A DNA stretch of 64,000 nucleotides from an uncultured Planctomycetia bacterium (GTDB taxonomy: Bacteria; Omnitrophota; Gorgyraeia; 2-02-FULL-51-18): assembly GCA_964431835.1 (NCBI GenBank), contig CAYSKO010000006.1:59457-123456 (forward strand), written 5' to 3'. Every line of letters starts with the position of its first letter. Position 1 is the stretch's first letter. Both the position numbers and the translations under genes were made by a program. The notes beneath the pieces are model-generated. The model was not told where the DNA came from. It saw only the letters and a program-made list of their open reading frames with translations, and searched no databases. Below, piece by piece: positions 1 through 9,047 of the stretch.

Positions 1-35
1 GCCGGTGTCCATCGGCACAGACTTCAATTCCCCCC

Positions 36-118
36 TGGGCGAGGTGGGAGTCGAACCCACATGGGCCGGAGCCCAACAGATTTTAAGTCTGTCGTGTATG
101 CCATTCCACCACTCGCCC
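36..118 (-). tRNA. tRNA-Leu(TAA)
   Basis: Reverse complement GGGCGAG...ACAGA-CTTAAAA-TCTGT anticodon arm, long variable arm, GTTCGAC T-loop, CTCGCCC-A acceptor; CCA not encoded. Confidence 0.95.
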
Positions 119-134
119 ATGGCTCGAAACAAAA

Positions 135-208
135 TGGAGGCGCGAACCAGACTTGAACTGGTGTACACGGTTTTGCAGACCGTTGCCTAACCCCTCGGCC
201 ATCGCGCC
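135..208 (-). tRNA. tRNA-Cys(GCA)
   Basis: Reverse complement GGCGCGA...ACGGT-CTGCAAA-ACCGT anticodon arm, GTTCAAG T-loop, ends CGCGCC-T-CCA. Confidence 0.95.
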
Positions 209-287
209 GAAACCTTCTAGCCCCTTACGTGGAGCAGTGTTCGGGGGCTAGGAACCTTTAAATGTAGCAAAAATGCGGCGGTCCCGT

Positions 288-923
288 CTACGCTATTTTT
301 TTCGGGCGGAGCGCATGGGCGGCGCAATCTTCGGCCTCGCGGACGACGAGCTCCGCGGCTTGCTGCTTATTAATCGAATCAAAATGCCTGTAGCGGCGGT
401 CAGAAGTTAGGAGCATCGCTTCCAGGCGGGCCTCCCCGAACGGAGAGATTTTCGAACTAACCCTTTGCACGAGAATAGCTTCCAGCTTTTTTGAATCCAG
501 CTTCCGGAAACCGTTCCGAAGAAGATCTTTCGATTCGAGCGCGAATCCGAAGAAAACTTGGGCCTTCTTTTTGGTCCGCCCCAGCGTCGCCAGTACGTCC
601 GGGTTGCGGACGAGGCGGATCCTCTTTAAAGCCGTCTTTTTCGTTTTTTCGGAGCGCACCGTCACCGGGCGCACGTCGCAGACCGCGGCCGCCATCACGA
701 AGACGTCGCACCGGGGAACGAGCTTTTTCAGCTTCGCCAGGAGTTCGCGCGCCGTTTCCGCGTCTTCGGGGCAGCGCACGCGCGTCACTTCGTGCCCGCG
801 CTTCTGCGCGGCTTGAGCGACGCGGTCCCCCATGACGCCGGTGGAGTAGTTGGAAAGGTAACGGACGGGATCGAGCGGCTCGCGCGTCGGGCCCGACACC
901 ACGAGGAAACGCAGGCGCTTCAT
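288..923 (-). CDS. coaB: phosphopantothenate--cysteine ligase (stand-alone CoaB)
   Basis: MKRLRFLVVSGPTREPLDPVRYLSNYSTG, MAAAVCD, NPDVL, GFALES motifs; start re-assigned to ATG 923, overlapping the coaC stop (ATGA). Confidence 0.88.
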   Translation of the reverse strand: MKRLRFLVVSGPTREPLDPVRYLSNYSTGVMGDRVAQAAQKRGHEVTRVRCPEDAETARELLAKLKKLVPRCDVFVMAAAVCDVRPVTVRSEKTKKTALKRIRLVRNPDVLATLGRTKKKAQVFFGFALESKDLLRNGFRKLDSKKLEAILVQRVSSKISPFGEARLEAMLLTSDRRYRHFDSINKQQAAELVVREAEDCAAHALRPKKIA

Positions 924-1474
924 TTCTTGGAAGCGATCGCCTCGCGCAAGGCGGCGAGGATCGCCGCGTTTTCGGCGATGTGCCCCATGCCCTCGCCGCT
1001 GCAGACCATGTGGCCGTGGACGGGCGGAACGATCCGAACGCCGTTCTTCTTCAGGCGCTCGAGATTCTCCCGGGTGAAGGGGTTGTTGTACATTTTTTCG
1101 TTCATCGCGGGGACGACGACAATCGGCGCTTCGGTAGCGAGCACCGTGCACGTGATCACGTCGTCGGCGAGGCCGTGTGAAATTTTTGCGAGTACGTCGG
1201 CCGAGGCCGGCGCGATGAGGACCGCGTCCGATTCTTGCGCGAGCTCGATGTGGATCGGCTTGATCTGCGCGTCGACCGAAAAGAAATCCGTGATCACGCG
1301 CGAGGCCGCGAGGCTCTGAAGCGAAAGCGGCGTGACGAAATGCTGCGCGTCTTTTGTCATGGCGACGCGCACCGCGTAGCCTGCGGCGCGGAGCTCCGTG
1401 ATCAGGTCGAGCGCACGATACGCCGCGATCGACGCCGAGACGCCGAGCAGGATCTTTTTCTTATTCGTGTCCAC
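920..1474 (-). CDS. coaC: phosphopantothenoylcysteine decarboxylase (stand-alone CoaC flavoprotein)
   Basis: KKILLGVSASIAAYRA, HIELA, APASADVLAK, PAMN, MVCSGEGMG motifs. Confidence 0.92.
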   Translation of the reverse strand: MDTNKKKILLGVSASIAAYRALDLITELRAAGYAVRVAMTKDAQHFVTPLSLQSLAASRVITDFFSVDAQIKPIHIELAQESDAVLIAPASADVLAKISHGLADDVITCTVLATEAPIVVVPAMNEKMYNNPFTRENLERLKKNGVRIVPPVHGHMVCSGEGMGHIAENAAILAALREAIASKK

Positions 1475-2066
1475 GGCTCACCTTCGCGAGTCGCTCGGCG
1501 CGGATGATGGTCTTCAAGACCTCCGTCGCCACGGGGATCTCCCGGTTCACGATGCGGTAGTCGCAGAGCTTAAGATCGTTGAGTTCCACGAGCTCGCGCG
1601 TCGCGACGCGGTAACGCTTCATGATCTCGCCCTTCGATTCCGTCCCGCGCTTTTCGAGACGGCGCTTCAGCTCCTCCTTCGAAGGCGGCGCGAGAAAAAT
1701 GAAGACGGCGTCGGGCTTCGTCTTCTTGACCTTCTTCGCGCCCTGCACGTCGATGAGGAGAAGGACATCGCGGCCGTTCTCGGAATGGTCCTCGACTTGT
1801 TTCTTTGCGGTGCCGTAATACTGGCCGAACACGCTCGCCCACTCGAGGAAGCCGTTCTGGTCGCGCATCTTGAAGAATTCGCGCTTTGAGACGAAGAAGT
1901 AATCCTTGCCCTGGATTTCATTGTGGCGCGGCTTGCGCGTCGTGTACGAAACCGACTGGACGATGTTCTTGTCGACCTCGAAGATTTTGTTCGCGAGGGT
2001 CGTCTTCCCCGTTCCGGAAGAAGCGGAGATGACGAAGAGGCGGCCTTGGACGGGTTTACTCGACAT
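1461..2066 (-). CDS. gmk: guanylate kinase
   Basis: SASSGTGKTT P-loop, SYTTRKPR, GKDYFFVS, FLEWA..YYGT. Confidence 0.95.
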   Translation of the reverse strand: MSSKPVQGRLFVISASSGTGKTTLANKIFEVDKNIVQSVSYTTRKPRHNEIQGKDYFFVSKREFFKMRDQNGFLEWASVFGQYYGTAKKQVEDHSENGRDVLLLIDVQGAKKVKKTKPDAVFIFLAPPSKEELKRRLEKRGTESKGEIMKRYRVATRELVELNDLKLCDYRIVNREIPVATEVLKTIIRAERLAKVSRGHE

Positions 2067-2946
2067 TTTGCGCCTGCTCCCTTATTTTCTCGATCGCGCT
2101 CTTGGCGCGTATCACCTGCTCGGCGATCAGGGTGTCACCCGATTTGGAACCCATGGTGTTGGTCTCGCGCACCATCTCCTGGGCGATGAAATCGAGTTTG
2201 CGTCCGAGCTCGCCGGTTTCGGCGAGCGACTTCCGCATCGCGGCGATGTGCGCGCGCAGGCGAGTAACTTCTTCCGAGATGTCCGAATTCTTGACGTAGG
2301 CCGCGGCGGCGTCGGCGGCGGCGCGCTGGCGCTCCGGTCCGGCCTCGGGTGCGAACGAGGAAATTTTTTTCTCGAGATGCGCGCGGAATTCCTTCGCGAG
2401 CGCGGGCAGCCGTCGTTCGATCGCCGCGAGCGCTGCCGCGATCTCGTCCAGGCGCTTCCGAAAATCGCGTTCGAGTGCCTTCCCTTCGTCTGTGCGCGAC
2501 GCCCGAAGATTCTCGACTGCCAGCTGCGCGGCACGCGTGATCGTCTTCGAAAGCTCGCCGCGGCCTTCCGGCGAAACCTCGCGCACGAGCACGTCGGGGT
2601 AACGGAGCACTTCGGAAAAAACGGAGGCGTCCTCCGCCGTGCCGCGCGTGCCCAGAATCTGACGGAGGCGCAGAACGCTCTTGTGGACGGCACGCGCGAG
2701 GGGCTCGTTCAAATGCACGCGTCCCGAATACGCGGCTGGATCCGGCGCGTTCGCGGTGACGACGACCTTCCCGCGGCGGAGTTCGGCCGACACGAGACGG
2801 CGAAGCTGGTCTTCGAATTCGACGAGATGGTTCGGAAGACGCGGGGCGACTTCGAGGAATTTATGGTTCGTGGTTTTGATCTCCACACGGACGAGACCGT
2901 GCGGCGACCGGAGTTCGGCCCGGCCGAAGCCGGTCATGCTCTTCAT
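2056..2946 (-). CDS. yicC: YicC/YloC family endoribonuclease
   Basis: MKSMTGFGRA N-terminus, DISEEVTRL, GRKLDFIAQEMVRETNTMGSK, EKIREQAQNVE C-terminus; start re-assigned to 2946. Confidence 0.93.
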   Translation of the reverse strand: MKSMTGFGRAELRSPHGLVRVEIKTTNHKFLEVAPRLPNHLVEFEDQLRRLVSAELRRGKVVVTANAPDPAAYSGRVHLNEPLARAVHKSVLRLRQILGTRGTAEDASVFSEVLRYPDVLVREVSPEGRGELSKTITRAAQLAVENLRASRTDEGKALERDFRKRLDEIAAALAAIERRLPALAKEFRAHLEKKISSFAPEAGPERQRAAADAAAAYVKNSDISEEVTRLRAHIAAMRKSLAETGELGRKLDFIAQEMVRETNTMGSKSGDTLIAEQVIRAKSAIEKIREQAQNVE

Positions 2947-3470
2947 CGCGCCGAGCTGACGGCGACGGAATCCCAGATTTTCCGTTTTTCTTTCTCGACG
3001 ACGAGGTCCTTTACAGGGTAAAGAGTCTCGAGCACGATCTCGTCGGGTCCGAACCAAAGCTGGATCTCGCGCTTGGCGTCCTCGGGACTGGACGACGCGT
3101 GGATCACGTTCTCGTACACGCCCTTCGTCGTGATGCGCCCGAACGAACCGCGGATCGTTCCCGGCTCGGCTTCCTCGGGGTTCGTCGCGCCGCAGATCTT
3201 ACGAACCTTCTTGATCGCGTCCTCGCCGTGGTACACGAGCGCCATCGTGCGCTTCGTGTGGAATTCGCCCATCAAATACTGAACGATCTCTTCGAAGAAA
3301 GGCTTTTCGCGCAGATCGCGGTAATGCTCTTCGGCGAGATTGCGCGAGACCTGCTTCACCTTCGCGGCCACGATGACCAGATGCGATTCGGAAAGACGCG
3401 TGAGCACGTTTCCAGTGAGGGATTTCTGAAGACCGTCGGGTTTGATGATGACGAGCGTCGCTTCTTGCAT
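2943..3470 (-). CDS. ndk: nucleoside-diphosphate kinase
   Basis: TLVIIKPDG, GATNP..A.PGTIRG, NVIHASSS catalytic His. Confidence 0.95.
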   Translation of the reverse strand: MQEATLVIIKPDGLQKSLTGNVLTRLSESHLVIVAAKVKQVSRNLAEEHYRDLREKPFFEEIVQYLMGEFHTKRTMALVYHGEDAIKKVRKICGATNPEEAEPGTIRGSFGRITTKGVYENVIHASSSPEDAKREIQLWFGPDEIVLETLYPVKDLVVEKEKRKIWDSVAVSSAR

Positions 3471-3522
3471 ACGTTCCTCTATTTTATCGGGGATGCGGGC
3501 GAAGAGTCAACCCCGCGAACGG

Positions 3523-4365
3523 TTAAGCGCCGACCAAGCGCAGCACGCGGTCCAAATCGTCCAACGAAAGATACTCGATCACGATCTTGCCGCGCTTTTT
3601 TCCGTGTTTGATACGCACGCGCGTGCCGAGGCGGCGCGCCAGGCGCTGCTCGACGTCTTGCACGTCGCGGTCTTTCGCGACAAGCTTGGGCGTTCGGCGG
3701 CTACGAGCTTCGGGAGACGCCACTTGTTCGATTTGGCGCACCGAAAGCCCCTTCTCGACGATCTCGCGGCAAACCGCTTCCTGTCGCGCCGGGTCGCCCA
3801 GCGTCAAAAGCGCTTTGGCGTGTCCAAACGTGATGAGATTTTTCGACAAACACTCTTGTACTTCTTGTGGTAAGTTAAGTATTCGCAACAGGTTAGAGAT
3901 TGATGATTTATCTTTTCCGACCTTTTGCGCGATGGAATCTTGCGTCAAACCAAACTCCATCGCAAGGCGCTGATAAGCTTTCGCCTCTTCGATGGCATTC
4001 AATTCTTCGCGCTGAACATTCTCGATAATCGAGAGCTCGAGCAAATCTTCATCCGCCACGCGACGAACGATCGCAGGGATCTCCGTGAGACCCGCTTTTT
4101 GCGCGGCGCGCCAACGGCGCTCACCGGCGATAAGCTCAAAATAGTCGTTTCCGGCTGCACGCACCAGAATCGGTTGGATAACGCCCTTTTCGCGGATGGA
4201 GTTGGCGAGCTCTTCGATCCGGTCGTCGTTAAACGTCAACCGCGGCTGGAAACGGCTCGCCCGTACCCGTTCGACTCCAATGGTCTGAATCCGTTCCTTC
4301 GGTGCGGCATCGGACGAAATGAGCGAGTCCAGTCCTCGTCCCAAAACTTTTCGATCCATGGTCAT
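3523..4365 (-). CDS. parB: ParB/Spo0J chromosome partitioning protein
   Basis: LGRGLDSLI N-terminus, FQPR, GVIQPILVR, IAGERRWRAA box II, ENVQREEL, HTH. Confidence 0.96.
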   Translation of the reverse strand: MTMDRKVLGRGLDSLISSDAAPKERIQTIGVERVRASRFQPRLTFNDDRIEELANSIREKGVIQPILVRAAGNDYFELIAGERRWRAAQKAGLTEIPAIVRRVADEDLLELSIIENVQREELNAIEEAKAYQRLAMEFGLTQDSIAQKVGKDKSSISNLLRILNLPQEVQECLSKNLITFGHAKALLTLGDPARQEAVCREIVEKGLSVRQIEQVASPEARSRRTPKLVAKDRDVQDVEQRLARRLGTRVRIKHGKKRGKIVIEYLSLDDLDRVLRLVGA

Positions 4366-5243
4366 GCCTCCTCCGCTTTGGTTTCGACCACCGGCAACGC
4401 TTCGTTCAGAGCTTCCACCGGCGGTTGCACCGTTTCGTCTTCAGGCGTCTCGGGCGAATCGACCGCCTTGGCACCCGGTTCTTTATATTTAGCTTTGATC
4501 TCGCGAACCAGTTCTTTGTATTTGCGAGCACCCTCGGACTCTTTATCATAGAGGAAGATCGGCTTACCGAACCCGGGCGCTTCGCTGAGACGGATGTTCC
4601 TCGGAATCACGCTCTTATAAACTTTTTCACCGAAGTGCTTTTTTACCTCATTAATGACTTCCTGAGTCAGGTTCGTCCTGAAATCCGCCATCGTCATGAG
4701 GATCCCCTCGATTTCGAGACACTCATTCAAATTGTCTTTAACGAGCTGGATCGACTTCGTCAGCGCTCCGAGGCCTTCGAGAGCATAGTACTCACACTGA
4801 ATAGGAACAATTACGGAATGAGCGGCAGTCAGAGCGTTGATCGTGAGGAGTCCGAAAGACGGCGGGCAATCGATAAAAATAAATTTGAAGGAGGGGTCCA
4901 CTCCCTGGAGCGACTTGCGAAGCTTCGTTTCACGGCCCAGCTCGGATACCAGCTCGACTTCGGCGCCGGCTAAATTCTCATTCGAAGGGACGACGTAAAG
5001 ATTCTTTATCTCCGTCGCGACGGCAACTTCGTGAATGGGCGTCCCCTCGAGGAGCGCATGATAGATGGAATATTTTGCGGCCCGCTTGTCGACCCCCACC
5101 CCACTTGTCGCATTCCCCTGAGGGTCGAGGTCGACCAAAAGGCATTTCTGCCCTTCTAGGGCTAAGCCGGAAGCTAAAGAAACAGCGGTGCTGGTTTTCC
5201 CAACACCGCCCTTCTGGTTGCAAATGGCTATAATTTTGGTCAT
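4362..5243 (-). CDS. parA: ParA/Soj ATPase
   Basis: NQKGGVGKTST deviant Walker A, DLDPQGNAT, IDCPPS, QCEYYALEG. Confidence 0.96.
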   Translation of the reverse strand: MTKIIAICNQKGGVGKTSTAVSLASGLALEGQKCLLVDLDPQGNATSGVGVDKRAAKYSIYHALLEGTPIHEVAVATEIKNLYVVPSNENLAGAEVELVSELGRETKLRKSLQGVDPSFKFIFIDCPPSFGLLTINALTAAHSVIVPIQCEYYALEGLGALTKSIQLVKDNLNECLEIEGILMTMADFRTNLTQEVINEVKKHFGEKVYKSVIPRNIRLSEAPGFGKPIFLYDKESEGARKYKELVREIKAKYKEPGAKAVDSPETPEDETVQPPVEALNEALPVVETKAEEA

Positions 5244-5278
5244 TGAAATGATCCTATCATTTATTGAAAGGATGTCAA
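5244..5278 (-). promoter_or_regulatory. sigma70-type promoter of parA, probably leaderless
   Basis: Minus strand TTGACA-16nt-TAGGAT (TGn extension), 7 nt before the parA ATG. Confidence 0.6.
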
Positions 5279-5281
5279 AGA

Positions 5282-5337
5282 GTTTCCACGTGGAAACACG
5301 GTTTAAGCGTATTTAAGCAGTTTCCACGTGGAAACTG
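5282..5337. promoter_or_regulatory. two parS-like palindromes GTTTCCACGTGGAAAC
   Basis: Identical 16-bp palindromes at 5282-5297 and 5320-5335 (the second extends to 20 bp, 5318-5337), directly upstream of parA-parB. Confidence 0.85.
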
Positions 5338-7155
5338 TCAATTTCGGCGGGAGCGCTTCTCGAGGTAAACAGCTAATAGAGAGAGGTCGCACGGCGTAAC
5401 CCCGGAAATCCGCGACGCCTGACCGAAGGAAACAGGCCGGACGCGGTCGAGTTTTTCTTGGGCCTCCCGGCTTAAACCCCGGATATCCTTAAAACAAAGG
5501 TCCATTGGGATCTTTTTATCGTCGTAGTGGCGCACTCGATTAATTATCCCCTCTTCCCTCTCGACATAACCCGAATACTTAACTTCTATTTCTACACGAT
5601 TTTTAACATCCGTTTCTTCTGTTTCGTTTAGGATGTCCAAAACATCCGTGAAGCTCACTTCGCTTCTTTTAAGATATTGTTCGAGGGAGACTAATTTGTA
5701 GCGTTCCTTCTTGAGCCGCGCAAGCCAACCGTCGATTCTCCCCTTCTTACGCTGGAACGTCTCGAACACATTGTCTGGGAGCAGTCCTAGACGATGCCCA
5801 TGAGGCATGAGCCTGTCGTCCGCGTTATCTTGACGCAGCAAAAGTCGGTGTTCCGCTCGAGAAGTGAACATCCGGTAAGGTTCTTCCGTCCCGTTCGTGA
5901 CTAAATCGTCAATGAGGACTCCAATATAGGCCTCAGAGCGTTTCAAAATGAACGGCGCTTCCCCTCGCAATTTTAAAACAGCGTTTATTGCGGCCATTAG
6001 TCCTTGGCAGGCGGCCTCTTCGTACCCTGAGGTGCCATTGATCTGCCCTGCAAAATATAAATTAGCTACATTTTTGGTCTCTAACGTAGCGGTCAGCTGA
6101 GTGGGAGGGCAAAAATCATACTCGATGGCATACCCAAATCTCATAAGCTCAGCATTTTCAAGACCTTGTATGCTTCTTACAATTTCTATCTGAAGATCCT
6201 GTGGAAAACTTGTGGATAAGCCGTTGACATATATTTCGCGCGTCTGGCGGCCTTCCGGTTCGAGAAAAATCTGGTGTCTCTCGCGATCGGCGAAACGATT
6301 TATTTTATCTTCGATCGAAGGGCAGTAGCGCGGGCCTCGGCTTTGAATTTTTCCGGAATAAAGGGGAGAGCGGGCGATGTTCGCGCGTATAAGCGCGTGC
6401 GTTGTCGCGTTCGTGTACGTGAGCCAGCAGGGGAGCTGCTCCTGCGTGATTTTTTCCGTTTGGAAACTGAAGGGGAGGGGAGTTGCGTCGCCGGGCTGGA
6501 TTTCGAGCTTCGAAAAATCGATCGTTTTCGCGTCGAGCCGCGGAGGCGTTCCCGTTTTCAAGCGCTTCACTTCGAAGCCGAGCGACGCGAGGCATCCGGA
6601 GAGTCCGTGCGACGCCTTGTCTCCCGCGCGGCCGCCGCCGAACGTGACGTCCCCGATGTGAATGAGGCCGTTCAAAAAAGTTCCGGTCGTCACGATCACG
6701 GCGCGTGCGCGGTGAAGCGTTCCGATCTGCGTGAGGACGCCCGCGACCTCGCCGCTTTCGACGAGAATTTCCTTCGCCTCGCCCTGTTTCAAATCGAGAT
6801 TTTCCTGCGACTCGAGAACTTCTTTCATCGCGGTCGCGTACGCGCGTTTATCGGCCTGCGCGCGCGGCGCCCATACGGCTGGACCCTTGGACATGTTCAG
6901 CATCCGGAATTGCACGCCCGTGCGGTCGGTGACTTTCGCCATCTCGCCGCCGAGCGCGTCGATCTCGCGCACGATGTGGCCTTTGGCGATGCCGCCGATC
7001 GCAGGGTTGCAAGACATCTGCGCGACCGTGTCGGGATTCATCGTGAGCATGAGCGTCTTCGCGCCCATGCGGGCGGAAGCGAGCGCGGCTTCGCAGCCAG
7101 CGTGGCCCGCGCCGATCACGATCACGTCGTATTTTTTTCCGCACTCGACCGTCAT
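5338..7155 (-). CDS. mnmG: tRNA uridine-5-carboxymethylaminomethyl(34) synthesis enzyme MnmG (GidA)
   Basis: DVIVIGAGHAGCEAA, MSCNPAIGG, LKTGTPPR, GPRYCPSIEDK, AGQINGTSGYEEAA. Confidence 0.97.
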   Translation of the reverse strand: MTVECGKKYDVIVIGAGHAGCEAALASARMGAKTLMLTMNPDTVAQMSCNPAIGGIAKGHIVREIDALGGEMAKVTDRTGVQFRMLNMSKGPAVWAPRAQADKRAYATAMKEVLESQENLDLKQGEAKEILVESGEVAGVLTQIGTLHRARAVIVTTGTFLNGLIHIGDVTFGGGRAGDKASHGLSGCLASLGFEVKRLKTGTPPRLDAKTIDFSKLEIQPGDATPLPFSFQTEKITQEQLPCWLTYTNATTHALIRANIARSPLYSGKIQSRGPRYCPSIEDKINRFADRERHQIFLEPEGRQTREIYVNGLSTSFPQDLQIEIVRSIQGLENAELMRFGYAIEYDFCPPTQLTATLETKNVANLYFAGQINGTSGYEEAACQGLMAAINAVLKLRGEAPFILKRSEAYIGVLIDDLVTNGTEEPYRMFTSRAEHRLLLRQDNADDRLMPHGHRLGLLPDNVFETFQRKKGRIDGWLARLKKERYKLVSLEQYLKRSEVSFTDVLDILNETEETDVKNRVEIEVKYSGYVEREEGIINRVRHYDDKKIPMDLCFKDIRGLSREAQEKLDRVRPVSFGQASRISGVTPCDLSLLAVYLEKRSRRN

Positions 7156-7174
7156 GCGGCCATCCTTGCTTTTG

Positions 7175-8815
7175 TTATTTGGCGGCGGGGGAGAGTTGGA
7201 GGTTCTTGATTTTGAGCTGATAAGCCGTCATAAGGACGGTGTTCGTGAGCCAGTAAAGAACGAGTCCCGAGGGCATTCCGTAAAAAATGAATCCGAAGAG
7301 GACGGGCATCGTGTACGCCATCATCTTCTGCTGCGCGACCATCGCGGGGTCCTGGCCTTCGATCGTGGTCTGCGTGAATTTCTGCTGAACAAACATGGCG
7401 ACCGCCATGATGAGCGGAAGGACGTGCAGTTCGTTTCCGACGAGCGGGAGCGAGAAGGGCAGCGGCACGCGGTCGGGAGAGGAGAGGTCGCGAATCCAAA
7501 GGAACCCGGCGTTCACGAGAACCACCGATTTCGAGAGCGCGACATACAGTGCGATGAACACCGGCATCTGCGCGATCATCGGCAGGCAACCGCCGAACGG
7601 GTTCACCTTGTGCTTTTTGTAGAGCTCCATCATCTCGCGGTTCAGCTTTTCCGGATTTTTTTTGTGCTGCTCCCTCAGTTTATTCATCTGCGGCTGGATG
7701 AGCTGCATGCGCTTCATCGAGAGATAGCTCGCGCGCGTGAACGGGAAGAGGAGGAGGTTGATGAGGATCGTGAGCGCGATGATCGCAAGGCCCCAGTTGC
7801 GGAAAATCTTCTGAAGAAGCTCGAGACCGCCGACGAGGAGCTTCGCGATGCCGTCGAGCTTTCCGAAATTCACGATCGGGTCGAGCGCGTCGGGCAGCGT
7901 GGCCAGATCATTCGGACCCGCGTAAAATTCGAACGAATGCTCGAGCGTGCCGCCGGCCGGCACGGAAACCGTGGGAGAAACGAGCGCGCCCGAGAAACGG
8001 TCTTTTCCGAGACCCGCGATCAAACCCGTGAACGCGCCTTCCGAGACGGGGCGCAGGATGATCGAGAACTGCCGGTCCTTCACGGCGAGCCATTCCACGG
8101 GGCCGCGACTCTCGAGCGTCTTCCCGGCCTTGTTTTCTTTCACGTGACGAAGGTCGCTCTTTTTACCGTCGCGCTTTTCGTAGAAGTTCGCCTCGATGTA
8201 CTGGCCGTCGATGGAATTGCGCTGGGGGAAGCTTTCGCCGGCCGAGAGGCGGTAACGCATCGGAAGCGGCGCGCCTGTAGTATTCCGGAAACGAAGGACG
8301 AGCGAGCCCGCGTACGAACCGCGCGGAAGCGTGAAAATTTTCTCGATCTCGACGGGGCCGGCCTGTGCGACCGCGCGCACGCCGTCCTCCGTGGTCTCGA
8401 GCGTGTAATCCGCCGCGGTGCCGGGCACGCCCGCCGCGTCAACGCGGACGGTGAGGGGCGCGGTGCCTGCGCCGGTGAGGTCGAAGAGCCGCAGCGGTTT
8501 TTTCGTTTCAGGATCGGCAAAACGCTGAAACGCGACTTGGCGCACGGCCGCGTCTTTCGGATTGAACGCGAGACTCACCGAGCCGTTGTCGACGACAACG
8601 TCGTTCACGGCGGTGAAAGATGTGGGCGTTTCCGGCGAACCAGCCGAAACCGGGAGCTCCACCGCGGGCGCACCGGCCGCGGAAACCGCGGGGGCCGCGA
8701 CGGAAGCCCGCGACGCGGTCTTGACGGGCTTCGGAATCATGGTTTCGACAAAGACCTGGTACAGGCCGATTGTGAGGAAGCAGAGGATGAGGGCCAGAAC
8801 GGTGCGCTTTTCCAT
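7175..8815 (-). CDS. yidC: membrane protein insertase YidC
   Basis: N-terminal TM, periplasmic domain, NWGLAII, SMKRMQ..QP, KVNPFGGCLP, MPSGLVLYW. Confidence 0.95.
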   Translation of the reverse strand: MEKRTVLALILCFLTIGLYQVFVETMIPKPVKTASRASVAAPAVSAAGAPAVELPVSAGSPETPTSFTAVNDVVVDNGSVSLAFNPKDAAVRQVAFQRFADPETKKPLRLFDLTGAGTAPLTVRVDAAGVPGTAADYTLETTEDGVRAVAQAGPVEIEKIFTLPRGSYAGSLVLRFRNTTGAPLPMRYRLSAGESFPQRNSIDGQYIEANFYEKRDGKKSDLRHVKENKAGKTLESRGPVEWLAVKDRQFSIILRPVSEGAFTGLIAGLGKDRFSGALVSPTVSVPAGGTLEHSFEFYAGPNDLATLPDALDPIVNFGKLDGIAKLLVGGLELLQKIFRNWGLAIIALTILINLLLFPFTRASYLSMKRMQLIQPQMNKLREQHKKNPEKLNREMMELYKKHKVNPFGGCLPMIAQMPVFIALYVALSKSVVLVNAGFLWIRDLSSPDRVPLPFSLPLVGNELHVLPLIMAVAMFVQQKFTQTTIEGQDPAMVAQQKMMAYTMPVLFGFIFYGMPSGLVLYWLTNTVLMTAYQLKIKNLQLSPAAK

Positions 8816-8816
8816 C

Positions 8817-9047
8817 TTAAGCCGCCTTTCCGGCGGGAATGGGATCCCAGCCGCCGGCCGAGAACGGGTGGCAACGTCCGACCCGGGCGGCGGTCAGCGC
8901 CGAGGCGCGGAAGAAACCGTAGGAACCGAACGCTTCCGCCGCGTACCGCGAGCAGGAAGGGTGGAAACGGCAGGCGCGGGGCGCGAGATACCGGAAGAAA
9001 CTGGCCACGAGACGGATACAGACGACCGCAAGACGATTCAGGATCAA
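8817..9047 (-). CDS. yidD: membrane protein insertion efficiency factor YidD
   Basis: CRFHPSCSRYA..A, RCHPFSAGGWDP; canonical position between rnpA and yidC. Confidence 0.9.
   Translation of the reverse strand: MILNRLAVVCIRLVASFFRYLAPRACRFHPSCSRYAAEAFGSYGFFRASALTAARVGRCHPFSAGGWDPIPAGKAA

Noticed and set aside
5-190. 61-aa ORF at the window start
   Set aside because: It is the antisense reading of two tRNA genes.
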